Below are positions 58,601 to 64,000 of a DNA stretch of 64,000 nucleotides, in pieces (the stretch's first letter is position 1; each line of letters starts with the position of its first letter). Position numbers and translations under genes: made by a program. Origin of the DNA: Nitrospiraceae bacterium. Lineage in GTDB: Bacteria; Nitrospirota; Thermodesulfovibrionia; Thermodesulfovibrionales; UBA1546. Where the stretch lies: the NCBI GenBank assembly GCA_021373015.1, contig JAJFTJ010000007.1, positions 43,135 through 107,134 of the forward strand. The letters are read 5' to 3'. The notes under the pieces were generated by a model. It was not told the origin of the DNA, made no database searches, and saw nothing but the letters and a program-made list of their open reading frames with translations.

Positions 58601-58814
58601 AACGCGCAGATTGAAGCCGTTCAAGATAGGCGGGACAACAGTGCATCAGGTAGGACTGCCTTGGTGTTTTGGCTGGCAGTATCCAGAAGATGGCAGCGGA
58701 GGAGACAGTGCGAATCTTCTTACGCCGACTATCGGAGATGCAAACACAATGATACCTGAATCAAAGGCCTTTATGGTTGACGTCGAAAAGATTGGAGGTA
58801 AACATGGTATCTAA
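55626..58814 (+). CDS. fdhA: Formate dehydrogenase alpha subunit, Tat-exported, selenocysteine-containing (UGA at 56235-56237 read through)
   Basis: GGGGGAGG SD. Twin-arginine signal MSLSRRDFLKLSGG. FeS motif CPFCSVGCG. Track ORFs 55626-56237 and 56286-58814 are in the same frame with no stop other than this TGA. The junction reads IEHQARI-U-HSATVAALAESFGRGAMTNH, which is the Sec site of FDH enzymes. Confidence 0.9.
56242..56281 (+). promoter_or_regulatory. Candidate bacterial SECIS stem-loop for fdhA
   Basis: Lower stem CCGC (56242-45) pairs with GCGG (56278-81). The apical hairpin CGGCTCT-GGC-AGAGTCG (56254-56270) starts 16 nt after the UGA. Confidence 0.5.
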
Positions 58815-59610
58815 TACTATGCCTGTAGACACAAAAGCTGTAAAAAAAGGCGTTTTGATAGATCTTACGAAGTGCATAGGATGCCGCGGCTGTCAGGTTA
58901 TATGCAAAAACTGGAACAACCGTGCAGTGAAAAAAACAGTCCTTACTGGAAATTTCACTAACCCTTTAGAGATGAACTCAGAGACATATACAACAGTAAA
59001 ATTCTTTGAAGAAGAAAAAGAAAATAAAATGAGTTGGAATTTTGTTAAAACCCAGTGTATGCACTGCAAAGACCCAGCGTGTGCATCTGCATGCCCTGTT
59101 GGTGCGTTTACAAAAGATCCAAGAGGCCCTGTAACCTATAATGCTGAAAAATGCATAGGTTGCAGATACTGCATGATGGCATGTCCATTTGGAGTCCCGA
59201 AGTATGAGTGGGAAAAATTGTTTCCTGTAATTCAAAAATGCACATTCTGTGTTGACCGCCTTGATGCAGGGCTTATCCCTTCATGCGCAAAGACCTGCAC
59301 ATCAAAGGCCATATTCTTCGGCGACTATGATGCTATAGTTGCAGAGGCTGAGAAGAGGATAAAAGACAATCCGGAAAAATATGTAAACCATATTTATGGG
59401 AAAGAAGAAGCAGGAGGCACCTCATGGATGTATCTTTCAAGCGTACCTTTTGAACAGTTAGGTTTCAAGACAAATATCCCCAAGAGAGCATTGCCAGATC
59501 TGACATGGGCATCACTTTCAAAGGTCCCTGCTGCGGTCGGAACTCTGATAACTGTGCTTTCACTTGTTGCCTACTTTAGGAACAGGGGAGACAAGGATAA
59601 GGGGGAATAG
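58804..59610 (+). CDS. fdhB: Formate dehydrogenase iron-sulfur subunit (4x[4Fe-4S], C-terminal TM anchor)
   Basis: GGAGGT SD, then 4 nt, then the ATG at 58804. Cys clusters CIGCRGCQVIC, CMHCKDPACASACP, CIGCRYCMMACP and CTFC. C-terminal hydrophobic helix. Confidence 0.9.
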   Translation: MVSNTMPVDTKAVKKGVLIDLTKCIGCRGCQVICKNWNNRAVKKTVLTGNFTNPLEMNSETYTTVKFFEEEKENKMSWNFVKTQCMHCKDPACASACPVGAFTKDPRGPVTYNAEKCIGCRYCMMACPFGVPKYEWEKLFPVIQKCTFCVDRLDAGLIPSCAKTCTSKAIFFGDYDAIVAEAEKRIKDNPEKYVNHIYGKEEAGGTSWMYLSSVPFEQLGFKTNIPKRALPDLTWASLSKVPAAVGTLITVLSLVAYFRNRGDKDKGE

Positions 59611-59612
59611 CC

Positions 59613-60752
59613 ATGAAGGCACTTGATAAAACAATGAAAGATGTTCAGTTTTTTTCTAAGGGAACAAAGATTCTTGTTGTCCTGCTTGGCCTTGCTGCGA
59701 TAGCAGTTATATACAGATATGTATTTGGGCTCGGTGGAGCGACAAACCTGTCAGATGATGTGCCATGGGGTTTATGGGTTGCATTCGATGTTTTTGCAGG
59801 AGTTGCGCTTGCTGCTGGAGGCTTTGCTGTAACAGCGGCTGTCTATATATTCAATATGAAGAAATACAAACCAATAGCAAGACCTGCGATTCTAACAGCC
59901 TTCATAGGCTATTCAGTGGTTATGTTAGGTTTACTTATTGATATTGGACAGTCTCAAAGATTCTGGCATCCGCTTTTAATGTGGCAGCACAGGTCGGTAA
60001 TGTTTGAAGTTGTTATATGTATAACTTTGTACTCAAATGTACTTGCACTTGAGTTTGCTCCTGCAGTTCTTGAAAAACTGAAACTGACAGGGCTTCTTAA
60101 GATACTTAAGTTTTTCACATTCCCTCTGGTAATAGCCGGGATAGTTCTCTCATTCCTGCACCAGTCTTCGCTTGGAGCCTTCTTCCTTATAATGCCTGCA
60201 AGACTGAGTCAGCTCTGGTATTCTCCGATAATGCCGCAGATGTTCTACATCTCTGCAATTGCAGTCGGTCTTGCAATGGTTTCTTTTGAGTCGATCGTAA
60301 GTGCAAAGGCATTCAAGAAAGAATATGAGATGGATATACTTAAGGGACTTGGCAAGGGTACAAGGATAACACTGGGTATCTATCTTCTGGTTAAGATCAT
60401 AGATATGATTGTGAGAGGTACATTCCCAATGCTCCTTGATGGAAGTCTGGCAAGCAAATTCTATATAGCGGAAATTTTGATCGGCGCAATAATTCCGATT
60501 ATTCTTTACTCAATAAAGAGCACCCAGGAATCAGTGGGCGGAATTCTTACCTCCTCAAGCTTTGTAATATTCGGTGTTCTCTTCAACCGCTTCAATATAA
60601 ATTTCTTTGCACAGCTTCGTCCAGGCATATCATACTTTCCTTCAGTAGCTGAGATTGCTATTACCGTAGGATTGGTGGCGCTCGGTATCTTCGCATACAG
60701 GATTGCGGCTGTTTATTTTCCTGTAATGCATGATTCTCAGGAACAACATTAA
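59613..60752 (+). CDS. NrfD/PsrC-type integral membrane quinone-interacting subunit
   Basis: 379 aa with about 10 TM helices. NrfD-like VPWGLWVAFDVFAGVALAAGGF. It directly follows fdhB. Confidence 0.8.
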   Translation: MKALDKTMKDVQFFSKGTKILVVLLGLAAIAVIYRYVFGLGGATNLSDDVPWGLWVAFDVFAGVALAAGGFAVTAAVYIFNMKKYKPIARPAILTAFIGYSVVMLGLLIDIGQSQRFWHPLLMWQHRSVMFEVVICITLYSNVLALEFAPAVLEKLKLTGLLKILKFFTFPLVIAGIVLSFLHQSSLGAFFLIMPARLSQLWYSPIMPQMFYISAIAVGLAMVSFESIVSAKAFKKEYEMDILKGLGKGTRITLGIYLLVKIIDMIVRGTFPMLLDGSLASKFYIAEILIGAIIPIILYSIKSTQESVGGILTSSSFVIFGVLFNRFNINFFAQLRPGISYFPSVAEIAITVGLVALGIFAYRIAAVYFPVMHDSQEQH

Positions 60753-60765
60753 TTTTTGAATCTGA

Positions 60766-60797
60766 AACAGGAGGCTTTAGAAGCCTCCTGTTTTTTT
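60766..60797 (+). terminator. Rho-independent terminator of the fdh operon
   Basis: AACAGGAGGCTT-TAG-AAGCCTCCTGTT followed by a T-run (stem about 12 bp). Confidence 0.85.
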
Positions 60798-60846
60798 CAT
60801 GCTATAATCAAATCAGAAGCTACCAAAAATCTGACAGGGGTTTAAA

Positions 60847-61449
60847 ATGAAAGTAAGAATATTGGTCCTCGCTGTTGTCATGATTTTAAGCAGTGTTATT
60901 TTCTCCTATGCAGATGAGAAACGTTATTCTCTTCCTATCGAAAATTCTCCCTCTTACGGTCCAGCAGATGCGCCAGTCACAATAATAGAATTTCTTGACT
61001 ATCAATGACCGCACTGCGTTGCGGTCGGTCCGACCGTACTAAGGCTTTTAAAAGAATTCAAGGGCAAGATGCGTCTTATTATCAAAAACTATCCTTATAA
61101 ATACAGAGATTACTCGCATATTGCTGCTGAGGCAGCTCTTGCTGCGCAAGATCAGGGCAAATTCTGGGAGATGCATGAATATCTTCTTAAGAAATCACCC
61201 GATCTTGACAGGAAAAGTCTTATAAAATACGCAAAAGATTTAAAACTAGATGAAAAGAAATTCACAGATGATCTGGATAAGATGAAACACTTGGCTGTTA
61301 TTGAGAGAGACAAGAAACTGGCCTTAGACCTTGACCTTTATAATACTCCGACTTTTTTCATTAATGGGAGAAAGGTTGTAGGTAACAGGCCATACGAATA
61401 TATAAAAAAGATTGTAGTGGAGGAGATAAAAAATGCAAAAACGAAATAA
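60847..61449 (+). CDS. Periplasmic DsbA-like (thioredoxin-fold) oxidoreductase with in-frame UGA (Sec) at 61006-61008; redox motif U-P-H-C
   Basis: AGGGG SD. The ATG at 60847 opens MKVRILVLAVVMILSSVIFSYA (signal) DEKRYSLPIENSPSYGPADAPVTIIEFLDYQ-TGA-PHCVAVGPTVLRLLKEFKGKMRLIIKNYP... This continues in frame into track ORF 61069-61449 (QGKFWEMHEYLL, YNTPTFFINGRKV). The TGA occupies the first Cys position of the DsbA F-x-D-Y-x-C-P-x-C motif. Confidence 0.75.
61021..61037 (+). promoter_or_regulatory. Candidate SECIS apical hairpin for the DsbA-like selenoprotein
   Basis: GCGGTCGGTCCGACCGT is almost fully self-complementary (6-7 bp GC-rich stem, loop containing GGUC). It starts 12 nt after the UGA. 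This is close to the geometry of the E. coli fdhF minimal SECIS, and it stands out in an AT-rich context. Confidence 0.55.
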
Positions 61450-62512
61450 AGGGATATTCAGATTTCTTATAATCTTTTTAGTGCTGATTGGTTTTGCATT
61501 GCCTTTCTCTATTTATGCAGGACACCTCGAGCCTTTTAAAACAGTACCTATTCCCGAAAAAAACCCACAGACACCCGATAAAATTGAACTTGGCAAAATG
61601 CTTTTTTTTGACAGGAGATTATCCGGCGACAGCACAATGAGCTGTGCAACGTGTCATGTGCCGGAACAGGCGTTCACAGACGGACAGGAACTGTCACTAA
61701 ACTATCCAACAACAAGAAACTGGAGGAATGCACCAACACTGATTAACATAGCTTTCCAGAAGTATCTGTTCCATGACGGAAGGGCAACGACACTAGAGGA
61801 TCAGGCGCTGTTTCCGATAATGTCTGCATTTGAGATGAACAAAAATCTTGATTTTCTCGAGGAGCAGATACGTATTGTTCCTGAATATGCCAAGTTGTTC
61901 AAAAAAGTATTTGGCGGCGATGTTACAAGAGAAAAAATCTCAATGGCAATAGCAGCATTTGAGCGCACATTAATATCGCTCGATGCTCCGATTGATAAAT
62001 ATCTGAAAGGGAATGAAAAAGCTCTGTCTGCTGATGCAAAGAAAGGACTTGAAATATTCAAAGGCAAGGGTAAATGCGCTGACTGCCACAATGGAGTAAA
62101 CCTTTCAGACGACAAGTTCTATGCGCTTGGAGTGCCTGAAAAGTCAGAGCACCAGCAAGACCCAAGAATCACTGCAACAAGAAGATTTGTTGCTAAGGTC
62201 TATCACTATCCCGACTATAAGACCCTTAATGAAGACCCTGGGAGGTATCTGATAACTAAAGATAAAAAGGACTGGAAGGCATTCAGAACACCAACCCTCC
62301 GTGAGATATCGAGAACAGCGCCTTATATGCATAACGGAATTTTTAATACTCTTGACGAAGTTATCGAATTTTTCAATAAAGGCGGAGGCAAAGGCAACAA
62401 GGTTTTAAAACCTCTGGGGCTTACTTCCGAAGAAAAGAAAAATTTAAAAACATTTATGATAGAGGCGCTTTCAGGAAAAGAGATTGTAATAAAATTCCCC
62501 AAAGTGCCATAG
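61433..62512 (+). CDS. Di-haem cytochrome c peroxidase (CCP/MauG family)
   Basis: Signal peptide. Haem motifs CATCH and CADCH. Also FHDGRATTLEDQA and PYMHNG. The start overlaps the preceding gene by 17 nt. Confidence 0.9.
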   Translation: MQKRNKGIFRFLIIFLVLIGFALPFSIYAGHLEPFKTVPIPEKNPQTPDKIELGKMLFFDRRLSGDSTMSCATCHVPEQAFTDGQELSLNYPTTRNWRNAPTLINIAFQKYLFHDGRATTLEDQALFPIMSAFEMNKNLDFLEEQIRIVPEYAKLFKKVFGGDVTREKISMAIAAFERTLISLDAPIDKYLKGNEKALSADAKKGLEIFKGKGKCADCHNGVNLSDDKFYALGVPEKSEHQQDPRITATRRFVAKVYHYPDYKTLNEDPGRYLITKDKKDWKAFRTPTLREISRTAPYMHNGIFNTLDEVIEFFNKGGGKGNKVLKPLGLTSEEKKNLKTFMIEALSGKEIVIKFPKVP

Positions 62513-62632
62513 AAGTCTTTTTCTGTTTATCAAGAGGCTGGCTTCAGAATGAGGCAGTCAAAGTGTTGCTGATCCGCAGATTCTGTTATAAATTATTCTG
62601 GTTAATCCGCTTGTTATTTTTTTTAAAAAATA

Positions 62633-62661
62633 TTGCTTGCTATTTTCATATGTGCTAGTAT
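62633..62661 (+). promoter_or_regulatory. Candidate sigma70 promoter (TTGCTT-N17-TAGTAT) upstream of comEA
   Basis: Hexamers at 62633-62638 and 62656-62661. The pair is bracketed by a 7-bp inverted repeat, TATTGCT (62631-37) and AGCAATA (62663-69). Confidence 0.3.
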
Positions 62662-62691
62662 TAGCAATATTATCCTAATTAAGGAGGCGTT

Positions 62692-63237
62692 ATGTTTTCA
62701 AAAAAGACAAGAGCATTAAAGTTTTTGTTCATTTTCTCGTTGGTTGCAGTTGTTGTTTTTTGTCTCTCGACACAGGGAGCATTCGCGGCAGCTGTAGATA
62801 TTAACTCAGCATCTCAGAAAGAGCTTGAAGGGCTTAAAGGGATAGGAGCTGCAAAGGCAAAGAAGATAATAGCAAACAGACCTTATTCCTCAGTGGATGA
62901 ACTTTCAAAGGCAGGACTATCTAAAAAAGACATAGACACGATCAGACCGAATGTTACTGCAGGAACAGCTGCTACAAAGGCCGAGACAAAACCTGCAGCT
63001 GATAAAAAAACCGCAAAGACCGAAAAATCAAAAACACAGAAGTTAGCTCCTGGCGAAAAAGTTAATATAAATACAGCTTCAAAAGAAAAGATCGAAGCGC
63101 TACCTGAAATAGGCCCTAAGAAAGCACAGGCTATTATTGATGCAAGACCCTTTAAAACTAAAGAAGACATTATGAAAGTCAAAGGCATTAAACAAAAGAC
63201 ATACGATAAAATAAAAGACAGCATTACAGTAGATTAG
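62692..63237 (+). CDS. comEA: ComEA-family helix-hairpin-helix DNA-binding protein (two HhH modules)
   Basis: AAGGAGG SD and signal/TM segment. DINSASQKELEGLKGIGAAKAKKIIANRPY and INTASKEKIEALPEIGPKKAQAIIDARPF. Confidence 0.85.
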   Translation: MFSKKTRALKFLFIFSLVAVVVFCLSTQGAFAAAVDINSASQKELEGLKGIGAAKAKKIIANRPYSSVDELSKAGLSKKDIDTIRPNVTAGTAATKAETKPAADKKTAKTEKSKTQKLAPGEKVNINTASKEKIEALPEIGPKKAQAIIDARPFKTKEDIMKVKGIKQKTYDKIKDSITVD

Positions 63238-63288
63238 CTTTAATATGCGCTCTTTGGAGTGCTATATCCTTATTAATAGGAGAATATT

Positions 63289-63582
63289 ATGAAACGCATA
63301 GCAGTTTTGTTCTTGGCTTTAATGTTGTTTGCTTCTTTTTCATTTGCAGCAACAAACACCTATCAGGTTACTGGTCCTGTGCTGGAAGTGAAAGATGATT
63401 CGATCACAGTTCAGAAAGGCAAAGAAAAGTGGCAGGTCGCCCGCGATAAAGATACAAAGATAACAGGTGAACTCAAGGTTGGATCAAAAGTCACAATTCA
63501 GTACACAATGAAAGCTGTATCAGTCGAAGTAAAGGAAGTAAAAAAAGCTAAAGACAAAAAAACTGACACAAAGAAAAAGTAA
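63289..63582 (+). CDS. Small secreted hypothetical protein with Lys-rich tail
   Basis: AGGAGAA SD. Signal peptide MKRIAVLFLALMLFASFSFA. Beta-rich body and a KKAKDKKTDTKKK tail. Confidence 0.6.
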   Translation: MKRIAVLFLALMLFASFSFAATNTYQVTGPVLEVKDDSITVQKGKEKWQVARDKDTKITGELKVGSKVTIQYTMKAVSVEVKEVKKAKDKKTDTKKK

Positions 63583-63598
63583 TTTTATTTTATATGTT

Positions 63599-63642
63599 AG
63601 GCGGCTCTATCAACCTTAATGGAATATTGAAGTGAGCCGCCT
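63599..63642 (+). terminator. Hairpin (9-bp GC-rich stem AGGCGGCTC/GAGCCGCCT, 26-nt loop), possible terminator
   Basis: Read directly. It lies 17 nt after the stop of the preceding gene. The loop is long and the tail (TAATAATTT) is only weakly T-rich. Confidence 0.3.
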
Positions 63643-63659
63643 TAATAATTTAGGAGGAG

Positions 63660-64000
63660 ATGATGGGACTTTTAAATGATATTGCAGGCGGTATACTGGG
63701 AAAACTTACAGGTTCAGGGCAGCAAAACAAGATTGTGGAAACACTTAAAGATGTGCTGACAAATCCTGAAACCGGCGGATTAGAGGGGATGATACAATCT
63801 TTTAAGACCAAAGGGCTTGGGGAACTTATAGGTTCGTGGATAGGCACAGGCAAAAATATTCCGATATCAGCTGATCAGATAAAAGATGCGTTCGGTTCAG
63901 GACAGCTGCAAAAAATCGCAGGAAATCTGGGAATATCAAAAGAGATGGCATCAGAAAAACTGGCTGAATTTCTGCCAAAGATAATTGATAAGCTTACTCC
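63660..64000 (+). CDS. YidB-family (DUF937) protein, N-terminal part (open at window end)
   Basis: AGGAGGAG SD, then ATGATG. MMGLLNDIAGGILGKLTGSG...GLEGMIQSFKTKGLGELIGSWIGTGKNIPISADQIKDAFG. Absent from the track because no stop lies within the window. Confidence 0.75.
   Translation, partial: MMGLLNDIAGGILGKLTGSGQQNKIVETLKDVLTNPETGGLEGMIQSFKTKGLGELIGSWIGTGKNIPISADQIKDAFGSGQLQKIAGNLGISKEMASEKLAEFLPKIIDKLT

Overview
This is a 64-kb chromosomal segment from an AT-rich bacterium that uses selenocysteine and appears to be anaerobic. The phylum cannot be assigned by eye. About 65 protein genes are packed very tightly into long same-strand arrays with overlapping start and stop codons, plus one tRNA-Thr(CGU). 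No CRISPR array, rRNA, transposase, integrase or phage gene was seen. Recognisable content: RtcB and archease; RsmA; CoaX; BirA and BioF; Nth; a partial F1Fo ATP synthase operon (b', b, delta, alpha, gamma, beta, epsilon, with no a or c subunit); the c-di-AMP module cdaA-cdaR-glmM; ComEC and ComEA; a Ser/Thr signalling trio (CHASE2-kinase, PP2C, FHA); a Zn/Mn ABC importer; TsaB and RimI; SelA; GlgA; two large PAS/GAF histidine kinases; five receiver domains, two of which lack the phospho-acceptor Asp; two HD-GYP phosphodiesterases; a Tat-exported formate dehydrogenase (alpha, FeS and NrfD-type subunits); and a di-haem cytochrome c peroxidase. The most notable hidden features are two in-frame UGA (Sec) codons that the ORF track reads as stops. 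One is the expected UGA in the FDH alpha subunit (56235). The other sits at the first Cys position of the CxxC motif of an otherwise unannotated periplasmic DsbA-like protein (61006, motif U-P-H-C), and each UGA is followed by a GC-rich hairpin. Other points of interest: three divergent GalT/HIT-family paralogues, one translationally linked to glgA with no glgC in view; a visibly more AT-rich two-gene secreted island (a Cys-rich Ig-like/C39-like peptidase protein plus an unknown partner) with its own promoter; several candidate leaderless transcription units; and convergent gene pairs that share their stop codons. All functional calls rest on motif recognition by eye, and no database search was run.
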